Below, piece by piece: positions 11,585-24,359 of a stretch of 64,000 nucleotides of DNA (positions within the stretch are counted from its first letter, which is position 1; the number at the start of each line of letters is the position of its first letter). The position numbers and the translations under genes were made by a program. The stretch is from Moniliella sp. 'wahieum'. Lineage: Eukaryota. The notes beneath the pieces were generated by a model. That model saw nothing but the letters and a program-made list of their open reading frames with translations, searched no databases and had not been told where the DNA came from. The stretch is from NCBI GenBank assembly GCA_003971905.1, contig RSEE01000047.1:434001-498000 (forward strand). The letters are read 5' to 3'.

Positions 11585-14500
11585 TCAGCCCTTGCGCAGC
11601 ATCGCCACCACCTCTCTCGGCGTCGCGGCCGCCACACCATACGCACGCGCCTTGAGTCGTAGGTTGGTATCCAGCGTGACCAACAGCACCGGCAACTCGT
11701 CCCCCGTCGGCGCGGGGCCGGGGGAAGACGCATGCCACACGGCCGTGCGCAGGATCACATCGTCCAGGCTGCGCGCAGGGATGGGGCCGTCAAATTCAAT
11801 CTTCTCAGAGCGGACATTCAGGTCGGGGTCCACAAGGTAGTTGCCGCGACTGGTCTGCACCCGTGCTTTCTTGCCGTGCAGCGCTTTGGAAAGCTGGGCC
11901 AGGGCCGAGCGCGCCGAGCGGGCGACCGAGGCAGAGGGGCTGTTGCGCAACCCATCCAGCTCGGTGACCACTACCAGCGGAACCACCACGTCCCAGCCCG
12001 ATGCGACCGCCAAGACGCCCCCGTCGTTGGCAAAGCCGTCGATGCCTTGCGCGACGAGCAACACGTTCGTGTCCAGCACCAAGGTCGTCTTGCCCTTCTT
12101 CGCTCCCTGGATCTTGACCACACCATCCTTCTTGCCCTTCTTTTTCTTCCCGAGGCAAGCACCTTGCGCAGCGTCCGTTCCCGTACCTGTGTACAGCCGT
12201 TAGTTCTCATCTCTCCCGCATCGGCGGCATCGAAATATAAATACGAACCTTGAGCGCCCGCACATCCTCGGGCAAATCAGCATCCTTCATCGATACCTCC
12301 GAGCTGTACCCTTCCTCCTCGTCCAAGTCAACGTCAAAGTCAAAAGTAGACAGAATGTGACTTTGCTCCTCCTCCATCTTCCAACGCTCCATCTGGCCCG
12401 TCAACGGCGGCACCAGCTCCAACTTGCCCCCGAACTGTCCAAGCCGGGGACCAAGCGGGTCAGGGCCACCAGCAAATGACCCACCCGGCCCCAACGCAAC
12501 TTGGTCAAAGGATCCCCATTCCCCACCTCCTCTTCTTCCGGCTCTTCCGTATCGGCCGCCCGCTCATAATCCAGGGCTTCCAGTTCCGTGCCGAACCGCA
12601 GCCGCACGGGCCAAGGCCGCTTGTTGCGCGCCTTGAGCGGCGGCGGGGTGTAATACCAAAACCCGCGCTCGTACACACGCCGCCCTACCCAGCCCATGCC
12701 TCGCACAGCCCAGTCTTCCGGCAGCGGCGGCACCGACCCGATCTTCCCCCGGCCGTTTGAACGAACGTGGTGCGGCCTTGCTCGGTCGGATCGGGCAGGC
12801 CGTCGGGGATGGCGAGGGAAAGCGCGAGGAGCGCATGGTAGGGCACGCCAGGGGACAAAAGCGTATACACCCCGCCCATCCTGGCAGCGGTATGCAGAAG
12901 TGTATCATGCCCGTGACATAGGCGGTGGGCATGACACTGGACAAGGGATCGTCACGATCCGCTCAATGATCACCTTGAGCATCGCAAACGAGAGCTTGCG
13001 CGCAAGCAGGAAGGCAGCTGGCAAATCCTCCTCCTCTACCGGAGGTTCTTCTCTCCCTTCGTCCCATGCTTGCGTCAGCACCGCCTCCTCCGCCCATACT
13101 GGAACAAGGAGGCAATGTTGGTGCTGAGCATCCGCATGAACATGGCCTGCGTCAAGTTGGCACTCTGCACCAAATCCTCCCCGCGCTCGAGCGGCGTGGA
13201 AGCAGCAGGAGGAGAAAGCGATCCAAAACAGCAGGAAAGTCATCGAGATCTACTCGGGCAAGCAGAGCGCCATGAAGCCAGACAAATAAGTCCGTCAAGC
13301 TGCCCCGGCGTAAGCGCGCCAGCTGGCTCGCCCCATCAAACATGGACAGTGCTGTTTCCCGTGCGGCGGGGTAGGGATGAGCTGCCGTCATTGCTTTTGA
13401 AAAATGATGGAGCGCGCGCAGGTCGTCTCCACGAGCAAGAATGCCGAGGTGGTGGTGCAGCCGCCCCGTACCAGGAACGTCCGACAAGGCCTTAGCATAC
13501 CATTCCGCTGCTGTAACCTTCCAGACATCGCGCTCTTCCAACGTCCAATCCCCGAGCGCGTCGCTCCCGATCGAGGCTCCGTCATTTCCATCTTCTTGGG
13601 GCTGATCTGGGTCGGCGGGTGAGCCCGAGCGCGCAAAGGGCCCACGGATGCGCGGCGGCTTGTTCCGAATTGCGTTTCCGGATGGACCCGCCGACCCATG
13701 GCCCGCACGAAGCTCTAGACCGGCGACAGCCATTCTGTACCGGGCAAGGTCCCCCAGCGATTCCATCCACGCGGTCCGCATGGAGGACAGCGCCTCGTTC
13801 TCGAGCAAGTTGGCGTACAGTGCATAGGCAAAGTAGATAAACTCGGTCAAGTGGTCCAAGAGCGCGCGCTGCAACGCTTCTCCATCCCCCGAGGTGAGAC
13901 CTTGGTTGGAAGGCAGCGTGTGGCGCAGCCGCTCGAGCATGATATGGAATCCCACCTGCCACAGCCGAACTGGCGTGTTGTATTCAGACGGAAGGGAACG
14001 CCAGCTGGGCAGGGCCCCTGGACCCAAACACAGCTCAAGGAATTTGACATGTAGCAAGGCCAGACGCTTGTGCTTCTCAATCAGCGAGATCCAAGGGGCA
14101 TGGTCGACCTCGCGAGCGGCACTGGCGCTCGCAACAGTGGTGGCGCTGTTGCCGTTGCTGTTGCTGTTGCTAATGTTGGAGGTGGTGGTGCGGGCGGGAT
14201 GGCGACGCATGTCCTGGGACGAATGGGCGTGGGCAGCAGCGGCATGCTCTTCCTGCAGTTCGGCTTCGAGCCGGCTCAGGTCATGGTACGTCCGCTTAAT
14301 GTCGGCCACATAGCTGTTACCACGCTCGCTCTCGGCCGAAGTGGCACTGGTGCCCTTGCGGCGGCGCGCTCGCGGCTGGTGCGGCTCAAGTCGGAGCGGG
14401 TGACACTCGATGCGACGCTGCCCGGCGCAGCGCGGCGCTTCTCGGCGGCGGGGAGAGGCAGCAGACGCAGCAGACGCGGCGGAGGCGGCCGCGCGCTGGG

Positions 14501-14720
14501 TCTGCGCCGCAAAACGCACTGGGTCGTGGCGACTGGGATCAAACAGAGTGCCGGTCCGGTCGGACCGCGCGGGCCGCACCGGCGAAGCGGCAGCCTCGGC
14601 CTGCGACGACTTGGGCCGCGGCGGATCCTTGTCGCGGTGCCGGTCAAACTCGGGGTCGTAGGCGCCCTGCTTGCGTGCACGCGGTTTGGGCGCACGTGTG
14701 CTGGTGGACACCTGCGCCAT
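11585..14720 (-). CDS. EST1/SMG6-like protein (Est1 DNA/RNA-binding region plus C-terminal PIN domain)
   Basis: YNTPVRLWQVGFH, DHLTEFIYFAYALYANLLE, WMESLGDLARYRMAV, PGTGRLHHHLG; PIN motifs LVLDTNVLL, VVPLVVVTELDGL, LDDVIL, LVTLDTNLRLKARA; intron near 12185-12250. Confidence 0.9.
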
Positions 14721-14967
14721 CGCCGCGAAGTAGGGGTAGTGGTGGCGGCAGCGGTGGCGATGGCGATGGCGACGGCGGTGGTGATGGCGATGGCGGGCAA
14801 AGTGTTGCTCCGACTGAGCACCCACTGCGCTGCGCTGCTTAAGCGCGCATTCCGCTCGTGTTTCCGCCCGGCGTCATTTAACGGATGCGCTATGGCACTG
14901 CACACTCCTACAGCAAGCGTTACTGTGTCAAGGCACGAACCACGCGGGCAGCATGCCTTGCGACCCA

Positions 14968-16639
14968 CTACCCCGCCTCCTCCTGCTTCGCCTCGGGCTT
15001 CATCGCCGGGAAGGCGAGCACCTCGGCAATGCGCTGCGCATCCGCCAGCAGCATCACCAGCCGGTCCACCCCCATCCCCCACCCCGCCGTGGGCGGCAGC
15101 CCGTGCTCCAGCGCCTCCACAAACGCCTCGTCAATCCTCTGCGCCTCCCCGTCCCCCTGCGCCGCCTGCCGCGCTTGCTCTTCAAACCGCAACCGCTGCT
15201 CCTGCGGGTCGTTCAGCTCCGTGTACGCGTTGGCCAGCTCTTGGCCGGCCACAAACAGCTCAAATCGCTCCGACAAGCCCGGCGTCGTCCGGTCCCCCTT
15301 GGCCAGCGGGCTCATCACCTCCGGGTGTCCCACCAGGAACGTGGGGTTGATGCACTCGGGCTCAATATACGTCCCAACCAGCTTGTCAATCAGGCGCGCC
15401 GACGTCCGGGGGGAGCACACACGACTCCGTGCTTTCTCGCCAGCGCCTCGAGCCATGCTCTCGAGTCCTCTGTGTGCAGCTCCGAGGGAGGTGGGAATGT
15501 GACCCCCAGCTTCTGCTCCAGCGTCGGGATCAGCTCCACTCGCCTCCACGGAGGAGAAAAATCGATGGTGTAGGTCTCGCCCTCCTTGGGGTGGTACACC
15601 ACCTCCAAACTGCCCTTGATATCTTGGACAAGCGGAGACAACCATCTCCTCGGTCAGGCTAAGCAGATCCCACATGTCCGCGTACGCCATGTAAAACTCC
15701 AAGCTGGTAAATTCAGGGTTGTGAGTCGGATCGATCGACTCGTTGCGAAAGACTTTGCCCAGCTCGTAGACGCGATCAAGCCCCCCGACAACAAGCTGCT
15801 TAAGATAGAGCTCAGGTGCAACGCGGAGGAACAGGTCAAGCCCCAAATCATTATGGTGGGTCTGGAATGGTCGCGCTTGCGCTCCTCCAGGAATGAGGTT
15901 CATCATGGGCGTTTCGACCTCGAGGAACCGACGCGCATCGAGAAAGTGACGGAGGAAGCGGATGACCGAGCACGGAGCAGGAACGTCTCCCTCACAGTTG
16001 GGTTGACCATCAAGTCCAAATATCGTTTCCGATACCTCTTCTCTGGGTTGGTCAGCCCCCCTTTCTCCACCCCTCGGCAGTCACATAGCTCTTGGCCGGC
16101 AAGCGGTGCAGGCTGGGAGCGAGTAGGGTCATGCTCAAGGGGAAAAGCGTAAGTTCGCCCCTCTTTGTTCGTCCGGGCGTACCACGGAACCCAACCACGT
16201 CCCCGCCCCTCACGATGGAGTGGAGATCCCAGCCCTCGTCCTGCTCCTTGGCCGACGCCATGACCTGCACCTTGGCGCCCTCGCCATGGAGGTCGTAGAA
16301 ATGGAGCTTCGTGCCCTGCGTACGCTTTGTCATCACGCGCCCAGCAAGTGACACCGTCCCCTCCGCTCGTTCCCCAGGGGCGAGCGAGGCATACCGTTCG
16401 ACAAACACAGGAATGCTCATCTCGACATGAAACTTGTGGGGGTAGGCCGACGGCAGCGAGGCAATAGTTCGTCTGCGCAATTCGTAGTCCTGCTTTGGGC
16501 TCAGCGCCGGCGCCGGCGGGACAGCATGGAGGCTGGAGGTGGTGTGGAGCACTCTCCGAGGACATGGACATACTCCCGTCCACCGTGGGAGGCTGCGTCC
16601 CGCTGTCGGGAGAGCCCGAGGGCCGACCAAACGCAGCAT
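14968..16639 (-). CDS. Lysyl-tRNA synthetase (class II) with probable mitochondrial presequence
   Basis: YPHKFHV, OB-fold [82 protein letters not shown]; Arg-rich non-acidic N-terminus. Confidence 0.93.
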
Positions 16640-16836
16640 GGTGGTCACTCGACTATTGGCCTGCCAGCAACCCCGCCAGAAGACGCTTCTGCCGCAAGCG
16701 CGGGGGTTACATTTCACATTTCTCACGTCAGCGTGACATCGCAGTCCAGATACATATTCCCAGCGGCTGTGGACCACCCAACACACTCCCAAATGCTCCC
16801 CCGCGACGTCTTCTGGGTACGATGCCCACCATTCCA

Positions 16837-17641
16837 TCATCTGCTCGTCCCCGCTCCGTAATCACGCGTCCCGAAGGAATAGTAGGACCATCCGTGGTGG
16901 TCCCTCGAAGCCGAATGGGCCCGGATGGCTGCCGCCGGTCTCGGCGGGGTGTTGGGACTTGGAGCACCGCTGGTGCGCTCCGCCACACACCTCGACCGCT
17001 CCTCGGATACCCGTGATCCATAATGCGAAGGAGGCGAAGGAGCCAATAGGTCTTCAAGTTTCGGCATGCTGCGTCCTTGGCGCTGAGGGGGGCTGCGTCC
17101 CCTCTCGCCTCGCAGTGTATTCTTGGGAGAAGTACTTCTTGCCGAGGCGTTTCCACCCCCCTGGTAGCCCTTTCACGACGAAGGTAAGGCAAACGCGGAG
17201 AGGGTAATGAAGAAGAACGGTACAGGGTCCTCTTGCCCGATTGGCCATCAATGTGGAGAAACTGTCCCCGAGCAGACACGCCAGTATGGCCGAGAAGTCG
17301 GCTATGTCCCACCGAGCGGGGAGCTAGCGCTGCTCTTGTCGCTTCCGTTATCCTTGGCGAAGGGGGGTTGGATTCGTGAGATACATCGTGCCGCCCACGA
17401 TAGGGATCGTGGTACCGCTCTGTGTGCGTCCAAGGGGATCGGGATCTGGCCTCGTAAGGCCCGCCTCCATAAACTTCACTGCGGTTTTGGAAGCCGAAGC
17501 TAGGTCCTCGTCTCCAGGTGGGGCTGGACGTAGTGGAAGGCTGTGCAGGTTGATGATGTGTGGGGGAGAGCGTTCGAGCCTTCGGATCTCCTCCCAACGA
17601 GAATAGCGACTCTCATGTGTGCGAACAGGGCCAACCATCAT
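16837..17641 (-). CDS. Hypothetical S/P/R-rich protein
   Basis: Protein-like fragments across frames; no domain recognised. Confidence 0.3.
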
Positions 17642-19455
17642 GGTGTGGGGAAATTGGGGTGGCAGCTAGGAGGATGATGCCGACGATGGGAGGAGGTTAA
17701 ATAAAACTCTTCCCGCGAACATCTCATCCACCTTCCATAAGCTCACCAGGCATGCTAAGACGCAGGGGCCATCCAACCAGAAAAGCTGCCAAGCTCCGCA
17801 GTGGGGAGAGAGAGCGCAAAAAATGTCAACATGTGTGAAGATTTGCTTGACCTAGCTGGGTCTCCGTCCTGGACCATGTGAAGTCTCATTCGCCCAGACC
17901 CACAACGGTGGTGTCCCCATGGTGGCGCGTGTGGGACACGCTCTCTCGCGGACACCTAATATGTACGGGGTCTCTTGTGCTCAACGTATACTAAAACGCG
18001 CATATGCTTTTGGAGTCTGCGGAGTGTATGTGATCTGACTGTCCTAGCATTGGATAATTGCCTGTTCATGTCGGTGAAGGATTGAATCGTACGTTGGGCT
18101 CTACGTACCACCTGAATTGTTGCTCTGTAGGGCCGGCTCACGGCCTAATAGGAGAGCCTAATGGCCATGGTTCAAAGAAGAGTAATCGGTAACCGGTAAG
18201 GACTAAAAGGGCTGACGCGTGACGGCTGACAGCGTGACGGCGCCACGCCATACGACATGCGATGGGTGATAGCCACACGTGCTGCACCTGGCGGACAGAA
18301 GGTTGTGTCAAAATCTTCCGATGCACCGCGTGATTCACGGATGTGCTCTGCGTGCTACATGTGCTCTTGCTCCATGCAGCTGTGGGTGTATGTGGGGGGG
18401 CGGCGCACTGGGGCACCGGGGGCACCTCTGTGCCTGCCATTTTATATCGCTCTTCTCTCACGCCGACCATACGATTGCGGTTGCTCGCGTTGCTCGCTTC
18501 TCGGGGCGACTGCACGGAAGACTGTGCCTTGGCGTTCGGTCAAACAGCCCCTTGTGCTCTCCGCCCTTCTCCGCCCCCAAGTGCACACTGTCCGCCTCAC
18601 GCTACCCCAGAATCCCTGGAGAGACATGTGCTCGAGAGCACTGCATGTTGAACGTGGATAGTACCGACGTACTGATGCGGACGCTGATCGGCAATTCGCG
18701 GCCACATTCTGCTCCCTGAGGGATCAGCGATCAGCGACCGGACCGCCGGGACCACGTGCATGACGCATGGTTCCCTCCGCCGAGTCTAAACCCCGCCATC
18801 CAGGACAGGCGCTGGCACCTGCACGGCTATGCCAACTGTTATACCAGGTTATACGCTCTTGCGCCCCTTGAAGCTTAAAGCTTAACAACTCACCTCCCTG
18901 ATCTCAACGTTCAACTGAACCGTTCACCGTCAACCCCTCATATGTACAACCGTGCCGTTCCTTGCAATTGTATGCCCGTAAGCACTAAGTACGGGGAGGA
19001 TTATATTTCGTGGCAGCTTTTGTCGGAGGATACGGTCACGCACACTTCCAAACAACATTACCATGGCAACACCGATCAACGGTCAAGCTTCAAGGAGGCC
19101 CACCAGTGCCCATCCCTTCCGCCCCTTCTGTGGGCACCAATTAAGCACAAGTCTCCCTTCCTCCATCCAAGAAGGGAAGACTCGCACAGGGTCACGCCGC
19201 CCCAACAAGCGCTGGCCATCAGTACTCAGTACCATTGATGCTCATGCCCCCGGAATTCCACTTTAGCCACAGCCTGTGCTTGAGCAATGTTTCTGGTTCT
19301 ACTTGGCCTAGGAACTACCAAGAGATGAGATGGGTGAGGTGAGAGCTTAGTGTGTATTGGACTGCCGGCGCAACTTCATCAGAGCGCCCACTAGCGGTGT
19401 GGCTCCGCGCCGATCCGAATAACAAATGCGCAAGCAATGAAAATGTTCAGAATAT

Positions 19456-19545
19456 CAATAGGGTTGCATGCTAGGTTCTTTGCCCGCAATGCATCAGCTG
19501 CGGCAAGCGACTTGAGTAGTGCCCTGGAATTTTCAATTGGGCCAG
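19456..19545 (+). promoter_or_regulatory. RPS29 promoter: CAATAGGGTTGC, GGAATTTTCA and TGGGCC motifs
   Basis: Reverse complement of the 12-mer at 19456-19467 is identical to 39821-39832 in the RPL15/RPL5 promoter. Confidence 0.55.
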
Positions 19546-19775
19546 CGGTCGTCTTGGTGCGCCGCGGCCACGCCTTCTCGCCACCGCCCAGCCCATCGTC
19601 GACTCGTCGCCGTCTCTGTACGTTTTCGTCTGTCTGCTCTTCACGGTGATGCGCATGGACTCGGGATCCTTGGATCCATGTCCCATGAGCGTGTGAATGG
19701 GGCCGTCTGCCTCCATCGATGGAAACGACACTGCCAAACGCGGAACTAACTCCTGCCTGTCCAGCTACCTCCACC

Positions 19776-20019
19776 ATGGCTCACGCTAACGTCTGGTTCT
19801 CTCACCCCCGCAAGCACGGCAAGGGCAGCCGCCAATGGTACGTTTCCTCCTTGCTCCCAGCGAGCGCCCCTTCAAGTGGTAAGACTCAAAAAGGCTGACG
19901 AGACCCACAGCCGCGTGTGCTCGAACAACGGCGGTATCATCCGCAAGTACGGACTGGACATCTGCCGCCAGTGCTTCCGTGAGAAGGCCAGCGCGATTGG
20001 CTTTGCCAAGTTCCGCTAA
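19776..20019 (+). CDS. RPS29: 40S ribosomal protein S29 (uS14)
   Basis: [21 protein letters not shown] / [35 protein letters not shown]; intron 19838-19910; probable 5'UTR intron 19618-19764; not in the ORF track. Confidence 0.96.
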
Positions 20020-20798
20020 GCTTTCTGCTTGCACCAAAAGGGCTTGTCAGCCTGGCTATGCATGATCCTTGCGATCCATCTCGACTACTGTGGGACCCTG
20101 TGAGCGGAAGCCACGCCCTTCTGGGACGAAATCTGAGGTTCGACAATGCGCGATAGGTACCAGCGGACAGGCAGAACCGACAGTTGCAAACTAACCAGAT
20201 TCGCTCTATGCTTGCCTTGCTCTCACGCTATCCTTGCATTTGGTGGAACGCTGGCTTGGTGTGTAGGACCCCTGGCGCTTGACAGGAAATCGTCTTATGC
20301 TTCGCCCGGCCTAGGCGGTTGTTTCCCACTATGAGTGCGTGGGCGAACCCCATTGGCAAAAGAGGCGATAAAGGTCGTACCAGATAGTAGGCGTCCGTCG
20401 AGCTGATAGCGCTGATACATCCCACTTGGAATGTACCACGATATACAGCCTGCACACTAGTCGGCATTTATCCAGCATCAAGTGACGTCTGGGCCAGATA
20501 TGCCTGCCCCGTTTGGTGCCCCAATGTCGACTCTTAAGCTGATGAAGACCAGGTCGGACCCTATCTTAGATGGCGGATCGATCATCAACGTTCATATACG
20601 TTCAACCTTCACCAACCACCTGACACGTTTATTGAAGTGTAGTCGCTAGTACTAATCACTTGGCGTAACGGAGCGGCCTCCCGGGCGGACATAATTTTGC
20701 CTGTTGGACCCGCCGCGAGGAGAGTTCCTACTGAAAGACTCGCTTTTCAACGTGCCTTTCAGCTGACCAAGGGTTAGCTCGGCCAATACGAAACTCTT

Positions 20799-20892
20799 TA
20801 CAAAATGGTCTTGACGGCTCCTACAAAATGGTCTTGACGGCTCCTACAAAATGGTCTTGACGGCTCCTATACAAAATGGTCTTAACGGCTCC
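20799..20892. repeat. 23-bp minisatellite, 4 copies
   Basis: TACAAAATGGTCTTGACGGCTCC x4; last copy has small changes. Confidence 0.9.
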
Positions 20893-23062
20893 ATCCATGC
20901 AATGTATCCCTTAGGTATAGGGAGGAAGAATAGTGTCCATTCAGGCCTGCGGTCAGATCATCGTTTGTCATTAACAGGAGATGGAGATGGGGGAAAGGAT
21001 GAGGATCATATTCACCGAGTGGAAAGGGGGCGAAGTATGTATGGGTTAGGGTATGTATGCCTTGGAGAAGAGAAGAACATGCTTCCTGAATCAGACAGGA
21101 AAAGAAAGCGGAGCATAGACACAGGGGGAAAACAGGGTCTATAACAAATCGGCGACGACAGTCAATCTGGTCACTATGGGTGACCAGAGGTGAGTCTGAT
21201 CCCGACAGCCATCGTACTAGTTGCCGAAGACGTTGTGGTCGACACTGCAGCCCGTGAAAAGCAACCAGAACCAACCACCATCTCTCGGCAGGTTATGCAC
21301 TCTTCAGAAGGTGAGGCTTAGCCATGATGCTAATGAATGTCTTCGTAGGGAAAGGGGGCTGGGAAGCCCTCAAAATATAGTTGCTTAAGGAGGAGAGGAA
21401 GTTAACGAGAGACGTTTGGTTGTCCCATTCCACGGTTTTTATCCCCCTTTTCGTATAGCAGGTCTCCATCATACGGGGCTCTTTGTCAACGAGAGGTTTT
21501 GAATTGTATAGTCCGCGCGTCCATTGTGCACGACCTCTTGCTGTCCCTCCCTGAGGTGCGAGTCGAAGTGTCGGTGAGGTATATTTTTTTGTTCCCCATA
21601 TATCCTCTCTTCGAACTCGATCTCAGTCCCCAGTCCCAACCCAGCCTCACTCCAGCAGCGCATGAAGTCCTCCGCTGCCTCCTCCCGTCCCTGAGCCTGA
21701 AGGCTTCAGACACGCTACTGCCGCCCAAGCCGGTGCTTCGCAGCCTTGCCACACTCGCAGCCGCCTCTGTTATACGCCGAGAGGCCTCTCCTTGTCCTTA
21801 GCTCCGCTCGGAACCATCAACCAGCCCAAGCGCGTAACTACCGTGAGTCGACCTTAGGACCTCCAAGGGATAACCCCCTTAAACCCCCGGGCGGGCCCCC
21901 CGGCGGCGCCCGCCCATGACAGGCATTGCAGACCATCCGCTTCCCTCGACACCTAAGCGCATCAGATGACCCTCGAATTTCACACGGATTCTTCCTTTGC
22001 CTGGGACAATAGGGCTATCTTTTCAATGTCCCTTTCTAGGTACATTGTACAGCTTGCAAGTGTACGGTTGCAATACCAAGACTGCCAACGCTCTGGCGCT
22101 TGGGGATCAGAAGACTGTGTCTGTGGTGTGGCCTGTAGCGTTGTGGCTTGTGGTGTGACCGCAATGTCTGCTGGCGATCGTGTAACTTCTGGGGGATGCC
22201 ACACTGGTGTAGTGGGAGTCCGGTAGCCCAAGTCCAGAAGCTTCCGGTTCATTCCTTGCAATATTCCGTCCTGGAGGGCAGAAGTATTCTCTTTTGCCTC
22301 TGTAGCTATTATGTGCAATGCAATAGAGACTATTAACTGCCTGCTCTCTGGTCTTCCACAGTCAGATGTGGTTACACAGTGTTAGGAGCTTGCAGCGTCT
22401 GTGGTGGAGTGGTAGGGGTGGTGTGTATAGTCTGTATACAAGGAAGCGAGGTCCCCCATATTTTCGGCCGCCGGCAGTCGTCTCTCTCCGGTGCTGTTGT
22501 ATACAGACTTCCTCATGCACACGTCAAACCAGAAAGTGCCCTGATGCTGCGGACTCAATGAAACACAGCGCCCGCTTTCAGCCGCGCGGGCATGGCGCCA
22601 GTTTGGTCCAGTGCTGGCTGTGCATGTGATCGATGGCAAAATGTAACAGAGTGGCAATGCTGTAGCGCTCAGGCTGAGCGCTGAGCGCCGCTGACGGGTG
22701 ACCGGTGACCATTAGCTAGCAGCACTAGTCATAGTCACTAGCACTACAGCATTCATCGATCGCTTTGGCCAATGCCATCTTGCCGACGGGGGATGCGTGT
22801 GATCGTTCCGCGATATATGCATTTCGAGTGTACGCTCTAGGGGTCACCCGTAGTCGGTCAAAGCGCTCACGCGCTCACGTCTACTGAAGCTTGAAGCCTA
22901 CACTCCTGAGGCATGATGCCGTGAGGCCCGGGTCCTCTATATCAATGCCGCAAGAAAAGGGCGATGAAGGAGGATATGATTATAGAGGACAACAAGTCAA
23001 AGCAGCCCAGGAGGCACAAGAAATCAGTTAGAAGAGCTTTTGGACTCTCCCATATAGTAGGG

Positions 23063-23251
23063 TGTTGACTGTGATCTTCCGCCTCCCAGTCGGCCGGTAG
23101 ACCAGGTTCGCCTCGGGGTTCCATCGGCTTCCACGCTGCGGGTGTCCCCGCGGGTCACTGTTCCTGTGCTCTGCACTCTCCGGTGTGCCTGACTGGCTCT
23201 GTACCTAGTCCGGCCTCCTATATACTGCCCGTCCGGCTCCCTAGGCCAACA
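23063..23251 (-). mobile_element. Probable solo LTR (copia-like termini)
   Basis: TGTTG...CAACA termini; flanks TAGGG/TAGGC (4/5 match, decayed 5-bp TSD); TATATA box on the minus strand near 23220. Confidence 0.55.
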
Positions 23252-24359
23252 TAGGCTTTAGCCTAAGCCCCAAAAGGCTGGGTTCAGCCGGTGGCCATGC
23301 ATTAGCACGTGGTATAGCCTATGGCGTTATGTCAGTGGATTCAATATTTGATCTCGCTCAGTCAACAGGGAAGTCACCCCACAGTCATCTCTGCTTCAAT
23401 CGATATAATGTGGGGTGTGTGGGGGGGAAACAAGGTAGATGGGTGAATGAGGCCTCAGCCTGAGGCCTGAGGTGATGTGGCCGTTTTCTGTGCCGGTAGC
23501 GTATGTGGCAGCGTGTGGGGTTACCGGTTACCGGTTATAGCACCAATCTGGTGGCAATTATACGGCGAGGCTCTTGTCCTCCCAACACACATATGGCAGA
23601 GTGTAGTTGTGTCCCCACAAGAAGTGCTGCGCCTGATGCATGAGTTGTGGTTGTTGCCGAGGCTGCCGGTTTCGGCTGCGCCGCTGCACATCCATCTTCG
23701 GCATATTCCCCCAACACAACGCATGCCTGCGCCACAGGTCCCCCTCTCGAGTCAGAAGTCAGCGCAACCGCATTGACATATGTTGACAGTAGGTTCGTGT
23801 TGCTTCTGGTCACCGGTCAGACCAATTAGCTTCAAGTGCAAGCTCCAACAGCTATCGCTTCAAGTAGTATCTCATTGATCTCGCCCCATCTGCATCATAA
23901 GATGGGCGTCGTTGCAAGTGGAGTGCTAGTGACGCGTGACGGACGCGGGTTTTTCGGCGCTATGGGCATGCTTGCACCGCCTGAGCGAATCCCACACATC
24001 TCATTTAGCCGGTCATCCCGGTCATCGGTCATCGATCATCTAATTGAACCCAAGACCACTTCTCTTAGTAGCTCGGCAGCGAGAGCTGGTCTGTGCGCTG
24101 CCTCGTACCCCGCACTCGGCCCCTTCCACCAACAGCCACCAACACGCCACCCATCCAGCCGCTGCCGCCACACCGCCCCCGTGCACACATCGCGCCCCGT
24201 GACCCCCCAGCTTGGCGTGCGACGCGCCGACGCCTGTCGTATATATATAGCCCCCGCTCCGGCTTCGGGATGGCGAGAGGCGTTAATAGCTGCAACCACC
24301 GCTACCCCTCATCGATCTCGTCATCGCTGGAAGCTGCGTGTTACGCTGGACTGGCGGCC

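Noticed and set aside
20799..20892. CRISPR-like 23-bp repeats
   Set aside because: No spacers; eukaryotic context; simple minisatellite
21768..21921. Second solo LTR (TGTTAT..ATGACA)
   Set aside because: No target-site duplication (GCCTC vs GGCAT) and no second copy
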